In this document: positions 10,101 through 18,050 of the stretch, one piece after another
How positions within the stretch are numbered: the stretch's first letter is position 1
Layout: each line of letters opens with the position of its first letter
Assembly: GCA_964510885.1 (NCBI GenBank)
Contig: CAZEDL010000001.1
Span: 312,982 to 376,981, forward strand
Length of the DNA: 64,000 nt
Source of the DNA: an uncultured Gammaproteobacteria bacterium
Lineage (GTDB): Bacteria > Patescibacteriota > Patescibacteriia > Magasanikbacterales > GWA2-37-8
Reading direction: 5' to 3'
Position numbers and translations under genes: made by a program
The notes under the pieces: generated by a model
Seen by the model: only the letters and a program-made list of their open reading frames with translations
Database searches by the model: none
Told to the model about the DNA's origin: nothing

Positions 10101-12772
10101 CCAGTAATCGCATTAACAGCGCTTCCCACATCGATACCACCCAGATACGTCGGACTACTGGTGCTGACATCAAATATTTGTATTTCACAGCCGGTTGGAT
10201 CGCTAGCGGAACATGTTCCAGCACTAGTAGCTTTACCTAAAAAAGCATAACGACCATTGGCAAACACTGCATTAGCATTAATAGCTGAATCATCATATCC
10301 GCCTGAAAAAGTGGGGTTGCCGAGATTGTGGACAATATTTCCTCCTGAAACAATTAAATTAGACGACAGGGTAGTAGTCCCTGAGATCGATAACGCCCCC
10401 GCTATACTAGAGGAAGCTATACTGATGAAACCTGTCCCGAAGGTGGCCAACCCCCCAGTCTGCAGCGTTCCAGAAGCGCTTAGTGGGCCGGCGACCTGAA
10501 GTCCAGCCCCGATACTGCTACTAGCACTGATAATTAAGCCGCCCTGAAAAGTACTTAGTCCCGCAACTAAAAAAGTAGAAGAGACAGTGGTGGCACCCGA
10601 GATGCTTAGTGTGCCACCGATACTACTGCTAGCGTTGCTAATAAACCCCCCCGTTAGAGTAGATAGCTCATTTACCAAGAGCGTAGACGAGGCGTTCAAT
10701 GGGCCGGCAATCTGAAGACCGCCGCCAATTGAAGATGAAGCGCTGGAAATGAACCCGCTCGTTAGCGTCGTTAGGCCGCTTACTCCAAGGGTGCTATTTA
10801 ATGTTGCTGCTCCACCTACTAACAAGCTGGAGGAAGCATTTAAGGGCCCTGTAACCTGCAACCCCCCTCCAATGCTACTTGAAGCATTGCTAATGAATCC
10901 ATTTTCAAATGAGGTCAATCCGGTCAACGTACCACCGCTCAGTAACAGATAATTACTCGCGGTAATGGAGTCGACCACCATGGCGTCGGTGATACTATTA
11001 TCGGGTAAGGAAATAGAGTTATTAACTGTGAGCGTACCGACATTCTGAGTGGTAACAGAGGAAGAAGCAATGGTGGTGGTAGAAAAGGTCGTAGTAGCGG
11101 AAAAAGTATTTAAGCCGCTGAATGTTTGGTCGCTAGATAATCTGGCAAGTGTGGCCGCATCTGAGAGACTATCGGTGCTGAGGCCAGTAATAGTGGCACC
11201 GGTCAGAGTGAGCTGGCCGGTAACGGCTAGGTTGGTGGAGGTGGCGTTGGTGGATGTAGAGAACGAGGTGAACAAATTGGTAATGGTGGACGTGGAAGCA
11301 TTGACTAATACTCCCCCACTTAAAGTGGACAGTCCATTGGCCAAAAAGGTCGATGAGGCATTAAGCGCGCCAGCCACTTGTAATCCGCCTGCCACAGAAG
11401 AGGATGCTGAAGAAATAAAGCCACCGGTAGCAGTAGTGAGGCCACTGACGCCAAGGGTGCTGTTAAGCGTAGCAGCACCACCAACCAACAGGCTCGACGA
11501 GGCATTCAACGCGCCAGCCACCTGAAGACCAGCGCTAATGGAGGAGGAAGCAGTGGAGATAAAGCCACCTTGGAGCGCTGTCAAGCCGGTTAAGGTGCCG
11601 CCAGAGAGCAACAAGTAATTACTCGCGGTAATGGAGTCGACCACCATGGCGTCGGTGATAGAGTTGACCGGTAAGGAGAGTGAATTGTTTACGGTCAAGT
11701 TGGAAACGTTTTCAGTTGTAACGGTCGATGAGGCAATTGTAGTTGTTGTAAAAGTAGTGGTAGCGGAAAAAGTATTTAACCCGCTGAATGTTTGGTTGAC
11801 AGCTAGTTTCGCCAAGTTAGCCGCATCTGAGAGATTACTGCTAGATAGGCCAGTAATAGTGGCACCGGTCAGAGTGAGCTGGCCGGTAACGGCTAGGTTG
11901 GTGGAGGTGGCGTTGGTGGATGTGGCATTAGTGACAACGAGGTTAAATAGTGACGAAACGCCATCTACCGTCAAATTATTATACAAGCGAGCAGCTCCGC
12001 TCACCTGCAGAGTGGATGAACTAAATAACGCCCCCGTTTGATCGATACGAAGCAAGTTAAGCCCGGCTGCGGTTTGAAGTTGCAGCAAATCAACTGCTTG
12101 GCCGGTGGCACCGCGTACTGCTACCGGTACTGCCCCGGTAGAGGTAGCTTGGACAGAAAGAACAGAGCTCCCAAAAGGAGTGGTGGTGCCAATAGTTGAT
12201 TGGCCGGTCCCAGAAATACTACTAGCTGAAAGCGCGTAAGCAACGGCAGCAATTCGCTGGCGTGGGCTGAGAGTCTCGAAGGTCACTCCGCCACAAGAAT
12301 TACTGACTTGAGCCGCAACCTCTACATTAAGATAGACAGTATCATAATCTTGAAAATTAATATCAAGAATGTCACCTCCAGCACTCGTATCGCCGATCGG
12401 AGCAGTGAAAGTACCGTTTTTTACTAATACTGTCATTGTTGAGGGCGTGTTAGTCGGCCATAACTTGGTACCAGAACCAACTGAAGCTGTATTATACAAC
12501 GAGAAACGGAAACAATAATTAGCCCCAATATTTCCACCAAGCGCATTGGTACTACTGTCAAGCAAACGACCCTGATGATAGAGTATTCGAGGAACACCGG
12601 CGGCTCTAGTTATAGAGCCCGTAGAGAACAAACTCGACAAAAAAAATATACCCAATAGTCCGGCGCGAACCAACCGAGCCACATATTGGAGCGAATGATT
12701 GCCACCTCCCAAACGGATCATACGGCTGCTACGAGAAAAACACTTATTAACAAGCACGAAAAACAACCACAC
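7151..12772 (-). CDS. Giant (~1,870 aa) repeat-rich cell-surface protein (putative adhesin or pilus-associated). The likely true start is the internal Met near 12721.
   Basis: N-terminal signal/TM (LVRAGLLGIFFLSSLFSTGSITRAAG). Two ~250-aa tandem repeats (ATSTNATSTNLAVTGQLTLTGATITGLS...QTFSGLNTFSATTTF...). Nested ~60-aa sub-repeats (GFIS.ASSSI.GGLQV.G.LNASS.LLVGG). About 8 copies of a ~40-aa Cys-pair repeat (GTCS...TGCE[IL]Q.YD.S...P.Y.GG.D). S/T/P-rich C-terminal tail. Confidence 0.6.
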   Translation of the reverse strand: MWLFFVLVNKCFSRSSRMIRLGGGNHSLQYVARLVRAGLLGIFFLSSLFSTGSITRAAGVPRILYHQGRLLDSSTNALGGNIGANYCFRFSLYNTASVGSGTKLWPTNTPSTMTVLVKNGTFTAPIGDTSAGGDILDINFQDYDTVYLNVEVAAQVSNSCGGVTFETLSPRQRIAAVAYALSASSISGTGQSTIGTTTPFGSSVLSVQATSTGAVPVAVRGATGQAVDLLQLQTAAGLNLLRIDQTGALFSSSTLQVSGAARLYNNLTVDGVSSLFNLVVTNATSTNATSTNLAVTGQLTLTGATITGLSSSNLSDAANLAKLAVNQTFSGLNTFSATTTFTTTTIASSTVTTENVSNLTVNNSLSLPVNSITDAMVVDSITASNYLLLSGGTLTGLTALQGGFISTASSSISAGLQVAGALNASSSLLVGGAATLNSTLGVSGLTTATGGFISSASSSVAGGLQVAGALNASSTFLANGLSTLSGGVLVNASTSTITNLFTSFSTSTNATSTNLAVTGQLTLTGATITGLSTDSLSDAATLARLSSDQTFSGLNTFSATTTFSTTTIASSSVTTQNVGTLTVNNSISLPDNSITDAMVVDSITASNYLLLSGGTLTGLTSFENGFISNASSSIGGGLQVTGPLNASSSLLVGGAATLNSTLGVSGLTTLTSGFISSASSSIGGGLQIAGPLNASSTLLVNELSTLTGGFISNASSSIGGTLSISGATTVSSTFLVAGLSTFQGGLIISASSSIGAGLQVAGPLSASGTLQTGGLATFGTGFISIASSSIAGALSISGTTTLSSNLIVSGGNIVHNLGNPTFSGGYDDSAINANAVFANGRYAFLGKATSAGTCSASDPTGCEIQIFDVSTSSPTYLGGIDVGSAVNAITGFGDYLVFGTNAASGFCSATTATGCELQMYNMFNPLSPVYSGGIDATTQIKGLAMEGGRVVIAKAVSAATCTFANPAGCEIQLYDLSGPSSTPRFMGGANDAGGSNFDAVALSGRRAYIGKASNSGTCSSTDNTGCELQIYDITASTTALIYIGGVDNGDNTANGITVNGMNVFLVNNANTGTCSSSTRTGCELQLFDVINPTNPTYKNGLDLTDATKAVMSAGRYLYVGKNASNGASCSISTPANCEIQVYDVSTSALTFVGGVDSGSGVSGTTVNALYVAGRRFFIGVGGSVDSCRALSENSAHGCEFQYYDVGGIETGGLISHTAEIGGLQVLQNAFFDNSLFLRGGLFAGVGGISSEGGLSVIGTTTLGSALTVVGTINASGTLAITGGSGAGGLKITASNSSTTITSFASGSGAGAFIFDTNSALSTASSSILFSLRNAGSKVLSVDTGGNVRSTGTITSNAAGSTIGDLAEYVDLSPGDTSEPGDVLISDPENPNKFKKSTSAYAVNVAGVISDTGRFLIGVSGENRGALALSGLVNTKVTDENGPISTGDYVVTASRAGYAMRYDLESGKTASIIGMALEPLATSSARITILIIRGLALPGSPSSTSVTSSALSFFDTESELGGTEILTTSTVASSSSFTISPSSSLVIGGLTVNGPTVLNGMVSVIGDIDFLATTTFEGSAFFADQVRIASTLTVSGTIAASRLVANEIVTPGLSYVSSTVDALASTTADLGIQLASSTMALSAVASTTDYLFNRMTTLENQSNLTLANLASSSLSIDQPGILRAGLQVDMLSSISGAISVGSEILFIGRPYFNADSGGFVVVPPGQKNVAVEFQHEYLEQPVVNATLSLETTSTLSADEAAALEEIIFTEDIRYIIIKKTTRGFTLHLSKPAPFELTFSWIALAVKNARRATVIPSEIVESPSGEVLPTDTTSTISTPSVTPPVDELSTSSEEVFTPASEPPQEYDTSTNPEGG

Positions 12773-14141
12773 ACCCCAATATGTGCCCGTCTTTATCTTT
12801 AAGCGAGGTAATGTGATCAGTTATCGCGATTTTTTTTCCTTCTTTGGTTACTAAGACACGATAACTCACTGATTTTTTGGAGCGAATTTTATTCAGAGAT
12901 CTATTTTTAATAAAAGAAAGTGTGAGCAGACTCTCATATTTTTTACCGATTACTTCCGCTTCGGTAAATCCGGATACATTACTGGCGGCAGTATTGAAAC
13001 GAATAATGTTGGCTTGGTTATTAACGACTATAACACCATCCCCAATGCTCGAGAGAATGGCTTCATCCAAATCTTTCACTTCACTAATAGCGTGATACGA
13101 TTTGGTCAAAGCCTTAGCCATGGTATTAAACGAAGCACTCAGTTCACCTAACTCATCACGCGATGTCACCGGCACATGAACCTGCAGTTTGCCTTCGGAA
13201 AAGGCTTGTGTTGCAGCACGCAAGCTCTGAACTGGCCGAATAATACTCTGATAAAGCCAATAAGCGATTACCAATTCACTGATTACGATAAAAAAACTCA
13301 AAATAAATAAAGAAGCTAGGGCGTCATCAAAAGAATACGTGGTTTTGTCTAAGACTGTTTGTTCAAGAGCCGTAAGTAGCGTGGTAATAGCAGTTTCTTT
13401 TTCAATCAAACCATGCTCGCCACCAAGCGTGTTGGTAGCAGTAAGACCGAGATCGTATTCAATTTTAGCCACCCTACTAAAAAGGCCCTGATAACGCTCT
13501 AGGGCTTTCAAACTGTCCCCGTTATTTTTAAATCCCTGGCGTAAAATGGCTATGTGTCGATCAAATTCAGTTTGATCTAACGCGTGGTGTCGCAGACGGA
13601 AGAATTGCTCACGCTGCCGTGCTTGACGTAACGTGGCAGCGAGGTTAGCAGGGGTTGCCGCTTGTAAAGTGTTAAAAGCGCGATCAAGCTCGCCTTCAAG
13701 GCCAAAATCCCTAAAGCCGAGTTCACGATAGTCGCTAACGACTTGATAAAAGAGTACTCGATAGTCGCTCAGCAAGTCTGGTAACGCAGTTGAATTGTGA
13801 CCGCGCAGATCTAGTTTTTGGAGTTGTCCATTCAAGAGACTTAATCGACGAGAGAAATCTTGATACCCGCGCTCCCAATTATCAACATAGCGACTTTTTC
13901 CTTCGTTAAAAAAAAGAATATTTTTTTCATCTGTAACTCCCTGAGTGAAAAAAGCCTGCTCTTCGAGCCGCATTTGCAAAATTAAACTGCGTAATTCTTG
14001 GATGGTTCCGCGCGCAGCAACTTGATTGACTTTAATATCACGCAGTGTCAAAAAAACAAAGCTGGAAAAAATTAATAAAATTAGTATCGGCAGCCCAAAT
14101 GCCAGCAGTAATTTGGAACGCAGGCTAAAGGTTGAAAGCAT
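12747..14141 (-). CDS. Membrane signal-transduction sensor: CHASE3-like extracytoplasmic domain, TM, HAMP, PAS. No kinase domain visible.
   Basis: N-terminal TM, then an LRDIKVNQVAARGTIQEL helical sensor region. Second TM LFILSFFIVISELVIAYWLY. HAMP-like RPVQSLRAATQAFSEGKL...SRDELGELSASFNTMAKAL. C-terminal PAS (ILSSIGDGVIVVNNQANIIRFNTAASNVSGFTEAEVIGKKYESLL). Confidence 0.55.
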   Translation of the reverse strand: MLSTFSLRSKLLLAFGLPILILLIFSSFVFLTLRDIKVNQVAARGTIQELRSLILQMRLEEQAFFTQGVTDEKNILFFNEGKSRYVDNWERGYQDFSRRLSLLNGQLQKLDLRGHNSTALPDLLSDYRVLFYQVVSDYRELGFRDFGLEGELDRAFNTLQAATPANLAATLRQARQREQFFRLRHHALDQTEFDRHIAILRQGFKNNGDSLKALERYQGLFSRVAKIEYDLGLTATNTLGGEHGLIEKETAITTLLTALEQTVLDKTTYSFDDALASLFILSFFIVISELVIAYWLYQSIIRPVQSLRAATQAFSEGKLQVHVPVTSRDELGELSASFNTMAKALTKSYHAISEVKDLDEAILSSIGDGVIVVNNQANIIRFNTAASNVSGFTEAEVIGKKYESLLTLSFIKNRSLNKIRSKKSVSYRVLVTKEGKKIAITDHITSLKDKDGHILGCVVVFRAC

Positions 14142-14363
14142 AGACCCTCCCTAGTTAGAGATAATTATAAGTAGTATACCAAAAAATTATACTTATCGCT
14201 ATGTGGAATGTTGATAAGTAACTGGAAACAAGATAAACTATGTGAGATTTCAAAAATCAATTTCTAATATCTGGCAAAAATTTCAATAGCTCATTTGAAA
14301 ATAGTAAATCTGACACCGTACTAGACATTAGAAATTGAACTATTTAAAAATTTCTATCCATTT

Positions 14364-15737
14364 ATGGCCCTCACCCTATATAACACTCTAACGCGCCAAA
14401 CAGAACTGTTTGCTGCTTTAAAAAAAGGCCACGTTGGGCTCTATACTTGTGGGCCGACAGTCTATAACTACGTACATATCGGGAATCTGCGCACCTATGT
14501 TTTTGAAGATATTCTGAAACGCGTTCTAACCCTCAACGGCTTCGACGTGAATCATGTGATGAATATCACCGATGTCGGCCACCTGACGAGCGACGGCGAT
14601 ACGGGCGAAGATAAAATGGAAAAAGGATCAGCGCGGGAGAATAAGTCGGCCTGGGATATTGCCGCCGAATATACGATTGCTTTTGAGCACGATATTGCGG
14701 AATTGAATATTTTGCCGCCGAGCGTGTGGTGCAAAGCGACGGATCATATTAAAGAGCAAATTGCCCTGATCAAAAAATTAGAGAAAAAAGAGTTTACCTA
14801 CCGCACCAAAGACGGCATCTATTTCGACACCTCAAAATTATCAGATTACGGCAAACTGGCTAATTTACAGAATCAGGAGCTACGCGCTGGCGTGCGAGTG
14901 GACGTGGGGGATAAAAAAAATAATACTGACTTTGCGCTGTGGAAGTTTTCGCCACCACTTGAGAAGCGGCAAATGGAATGGGATAGCCCGTGGGGAGTGG
15001 GCTTTCCGGGGTGGCATATTGAATGCTCGGCGATGGCCACCAAATATCTAGGGCAGCCGTTTGATATTCATTGCGGCGGGATTGACCATGTGCCGGTGCA
15101 CCACACCAATGAAATTGCCCAGAGTGAAGCGGCAGCCGGCAAGCCGCTGGCGAATTATTGGCTGCATGGGGAATTTCTTTTGATCAATAATGATAAAATG
15201 GCCAAGTCGGGGGAAAATTTTTTGACGATTTCAGTGCTGAAAGAAAAAGGCATTAAACCCCTTAGTTACCGTTATTTTTTGTTACAGAGTCATTATCGCC
15301 GTCAACTTAATTTTTCGTTTGAGGCACTGACAGCAGCTGAGCGCGGTTTGGAACACTTTTATAAAAGTGCCGCTGCGCTTCCAGAGGGAAAAGCGAGTGA
15401 CATATTTCGTAAAGAATTTTTGGAAAAAATTAATGATGATTTGGATATGCCGGGGGCGCTGGCCTTTGTTTGGGAGCAAATCAAGGCCAAGGCGATTACG
15501 CAGGCGGATATACTATGGGCGGACCAGGTATTTGGACTACAGATAAAAGAGTGGTTGGCCCATCATAAAATCGAGCAGAGTGCAGCCTTGCCAATAGAGG
15601 TGCGGGCACTGATTGACGAGCGTAATCAGGCCCGGGCCGATAAAAATTGGCAGCGGAGCGATGAATTACGGCAGGCTCTTGAAGCGATTGGGTATGTAGT
15701 GAAAGATACTAAGGACGGGACGAGTGTTAGTCGGTAA
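14364..15737 (+). CDS. cysS: Cysteinyl-tRNA synthetase
   Basis: HIGN-type class I motif (YTCGPTVYNYVHIGNLRTY), KMSKS variant KMAKSGENF, and the Zn-binding Cys/His pattern (CGGIDH). Confidence 0.9.
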   Translation: MALTLYNTLTRQTELFAALKKGHVGLYTCGPTVYNYVHIGNLRTYVFEDILKRVLTLNGFDVNHVMNITDVGHLTSDGDTGEDKMEKGSARENKSAWDIAAEYTIAFEHDIAELNILPPSVWCKATDHIKEQIALIKKLEKKEFTYRTKDGIYFDTSKLSDYGKLANLQNQELRAGVRVDVGDKKNNTDFALWKFSPPLEKRQMEWDSPWGVGFPGWHIECSAMATKYLGQPFDIHCGGIDHVPVHHTNEIAQSEAAAGKPLANYWLHGEFLLINNDKMAKSGENFLTISVLKEKGIKPLSYRYFLLQSHYRRQLNFSFEALTAAERGLEHFYKSAAALPEGKASDIFRKEFLEKINDDLDMPGALAFVWEQIKAKAITQADILWADQVFGLQIKEWLAHHKIEQSAALPIEVRALIDERNQARADKNWQRSDELRQALEAIGYVVKDTKDGTSVSR

Positions 15738-15894
15738 AAATGCCTTACTCAACTATATATTTTTGATATACTACCCTTGCTTTTTTTGACTGTTTATGCT
15801 AAAAAGCGTACGCCTTTGATTACAGCCGTGGGATCTGGCAACTAGCCAGATTGACTGGTAGTAAAATCATAGGTAAACCACAAGGAGTAGGTCC

Positions 15895-16095
15895 ATGAAA
15901 CGGAGAATTTTCCTTTTCAGCATGATGGCGGTCTTCGCTGCGAGCCTGAGGGAAGCCCAGGCTGAATCGAAGTGCGACAAGGAGTGCAAGGGGGGAGGGG
16001 GAAAAGAAAAGGGAGTCGACAAGGGGGGCGACAAGGCGACAGACCAGAATGCGGATAAGCATAAAGCCCCCGCGGGACAAACGCCTCCCAAGTAG
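15895..16095 (+). CDS. Small secreted Lys/Gly/Asp-rich low-complexity protein encoded in GC-rich islet 1
   Basis: Signal peptide MKRRIFLFSMMAVFAASLREAQA, then ESKCDKECKGGGGKEKGVDKGGDKATDQNADKHK.... Good SD (AAGGAG) 8 nt upstream. GC-rich third positions contrast with the neighbours. Confidence 0.4.
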   Translation: MKRRIFLFSMMAVFAASLREAQAESKCDKECKGGGGKEKGVDKGGDKATDQNADKHKAPAGQTPPK

Positions 16096-16157
16096 CGGCG
16101 CCCCTAGTCTGAGCCAGACTGGCTGACCCAGACCCCGCCGAAGGACAAACACTATCC

Positions 16158-16188
16158 TGGCACCAGTTCCGTGTAGGAACTGGTGCCA
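16158..16188. terminator. Strong GC-rich stem-loop (13-bp perfect stem, 5-nt loop) 60 nt downstream of the small secreted gene. Terminator-like, but with no U-tract.
   Basis: tggcaccagttcc-gtgta-ggaactggtgcca read directly. Confidence 0.4.
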
Positions 16189-16306
16189 AGAGAAATCGAT
16201 CTCGACAATGATGCCCTGTACCAGTCTATGCTTTTTAAAATCTGCTAATATTATAGGATAGGATGAAAGTTTTTTTCCAGCAGACCGGTTTAATTAGTCC
16301 TATTAA

Positions 16307-17233
16307 CTACATCCACCCTCTTCGTTTGAAAAATAGTACTGTGGCAATGCCACCCCAGAGCAAGATAGCCACGATAAGCCAAAAACCACCCGGAATATCC
16401 AAAAAGATATTACCCCGCGCATGAATGCCAAATAACGTCGCCGCCAAAGTAAGAGGAAACGTAATGACCGAAATAACAGTCAACATTTTCATGACTTCGG
16501 TGGTGCGCAGATTGATCAGTGATTCGTTGGTTTCGTGCAGCGCATTAATACTCTCCTTCTGGCTTTCAAGCATGTGCCAGATTTCATTGGCAAATTCTTT
16601 GAGCGAATTGATGTAGTTTTGATAATTATATAATTCGAGTTCGCGCCCGGCCGAGAGAATAATGCGATCAAGCACGGTACGATGACCCTGCATGGAGCGG
16701 CGGAAGGTGACGATATTGGTTTTGAGGCGGAGGACCTCTTCGGCCATCTGGGCCCCGGGAATACGCGCAAATAATTTGCGGTCGACAAGGGTAATATCTT
16801 CGTTTATATGGAGGAGAATCGGGAAAATAGCTTCGAACAGCCGGGTTAAGAGTTCAAACCATAAATGGACGGCGGTGCCCTGAAAAAATCCCTGAAGAGC
16901 GGCCGGATCTTTTTTGCATTCGGCAAACATCCGTTCGATAGTGAGGAGTTTATTGTCGTGAACAGTGACGAGCAGGTTGCGAGTGATAAAAAAATCCACT
17001 TCGGTGAAGCCGAGGCGCCGGGTTTCGCGATCAAACACCGGAAAATGAAGGATAATAAAATAATAATCGGGTCGTTTAACGATTTTGGGGCGCTGGAATG
17101 GGGGCAAGCATTCGGCAATATCGAGATCGGAGAATTTAAAGCGTTTTTGGATTTCGGCCAGATCCTTTTCGCCCTGGCGCGTGACATTCACCCAGGTCAG
17201 GCCATTGCGGTCTAATTGATGAATATTTTTCAT
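16307..17233 (-). CDS. CorA-family divalent-cation transporter-like protein. The likely start is the internal Met at 17233; the six-frame ORF runs on into the MITE.
   Basis: Soluble N-terminal domain plus two C-terminal TM helices with a GIHARGN loop where the canonical GMN sits (non-canonical). The N-terminal 42 codons of the six-frame ORF are MITE sequence. Confidence 0.5.
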   Translation of the reverse strand: MKNIHQLDRNGLTWVNVTRQGEKDLAEIQKRFKFSDLDIAECLPPFQRPKIVKRPDYYFIILHFPVFDRETRRLGFTEVDFFITRNLLVTVHDNKLLTIERMFAECKKDPAALQGFFQGTAVHLWFELLTRLFEAIFPILLHINEDITLVDRKLFARIPGAQMAEEVLRLKTNIVTFRRSMQGHRTVLDRIILSAGRELELYNYQNYINSLKEFANEIWHMLESQKESINALHETNESLINLRTTEVMKMLTVISVITFPLTLAATLFGIHARGNIFLDIPGGFWLIVAILLWGGIATVLFFKRRGWM

Positions 17234-17293
17234 AGGTCGATACCGGAAATGATGGAACACCTGAACGGTGTGAGTGAAACGCTTATTATGCTT

Positions 17294-17397
17294 TTCATTC
17301 CCGCCCCCGCTTACGCTGGGGGTAGACTCCGGCGGGAATCCAGTAATATTACTAGGCACTTATGCGACTGGATTCCCGTTTTCACGGGGATGACAAA
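17294..17397. repeat. Family-A MITE-like element (copy A2), a hybrid carrying a family-B-like core (CCCCGCTTACGCTGGGGGTAG)
   Basis: Termini tcattcccgcc...ggggatgaca, internal ggcgggaatccag / ctggattcccg inverted repeats. The core resembles B-family ccccgcttgggcggggtagggg. Confidence 0.6.
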
Positions 17398-17508
17398 TAA
17401 AAATTTACACCTATCATTCTGGAAACAATTATACCATACTTTTTTAGTCTAAAACAGCCAAACACACGCTTTCCTCTTTTTCCTTATATATGCTATACTA
17501 GCCATACT

Positions 17509-18039
17509 ATGGTCACCAACGAACTAAACGATACTCTTCCCTATAACGAGCGCCCACTCACTCCGGAAACAGAGGCTCCGCAAGATTCTCAGACAGCGGA
17601 ATTTGAACCAAGCATCGAGGCGCCTAAAGAACAAACCGGTGTTGACACTAAGCCGATACGACAGCAGCCCATCGACAGCAAAAAATCATTTGCGCTGCCG
17701 AGTTTGCGCCGGCCGAAAAAAGTTATTCCGCAGGTGCGCGATGAAGTGACACTCAAGATCGAGCATGTGCTCGAAGATGGGCTCAGCGATTCATTCCAGC
17801 GCCTGTCCCCCATTGCGCAACAGGAATTCAAGATCAAAGGCGAAGAAACAGCAGTGAAAATCCGTGAGCTGCTCACATCTACTCATGTCAAAGTGAAAAA
17901 AATTTTAGCGCTGATTCTGGATTGGCTGAAACTGCTCCCCGGGGTGAACCGATTTTTCCTGGAGCAAGAAGCCAAAATCAAAGCGGATCGGATTATTGAA
18001 ATCATCGAACAAAACCCCGACAAACGCATTAAGCTTTAG
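17509..18039 (+). CDS. Hypothetical protein (acidic N-terminus, helical C-terminus)
   Basis: 176-aa ORF with a -10-like TATACT upstream. No recognisable motif. Confidence 0.4.
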   Translation: MVTNELNDTLPYNERPLTPETEAPQDSQTAEFEPSIEAPKEQTGVDTKPIRQQPIDSKKSFALPSLRRPKKVIPQVRDEVTLKIEHVLEDGLSDSFQRLSPIAQQEFKIKGEETAVKIRELLTSTHVKVKKILALILDWLKLLPGVNRFFLEQEAKIKADRIIEIIEQNPDKRIKL

Positions 18040-18050
18040 CGGTTGTTTTT

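Noticed and set aside
7151-12772. Highly regular tandem repetition on both strands (plus-strand ORFs 11049-11525 and 11631-12041 are near-copies), possibly a CRISPR array or satellite.
   Set aside because: Repeat units are hundreds of bp, with no short spacer/repeat periodicity, and lie in one continuous 5.6-kb ORF with a signal peptide. They are coding repeats of a surface protein.
14142-14363. Possible T-box or other riboswitch leader upstream of cysS, with repeated AATTTCTAAT-like words.
   Set aside because: I could not find a specifier-loop/antiterminator arrangement or the T-box consensus (AATTAGGGTGGNACCGCG) by eye. The repeats look like A/T-rich promoter DNA.
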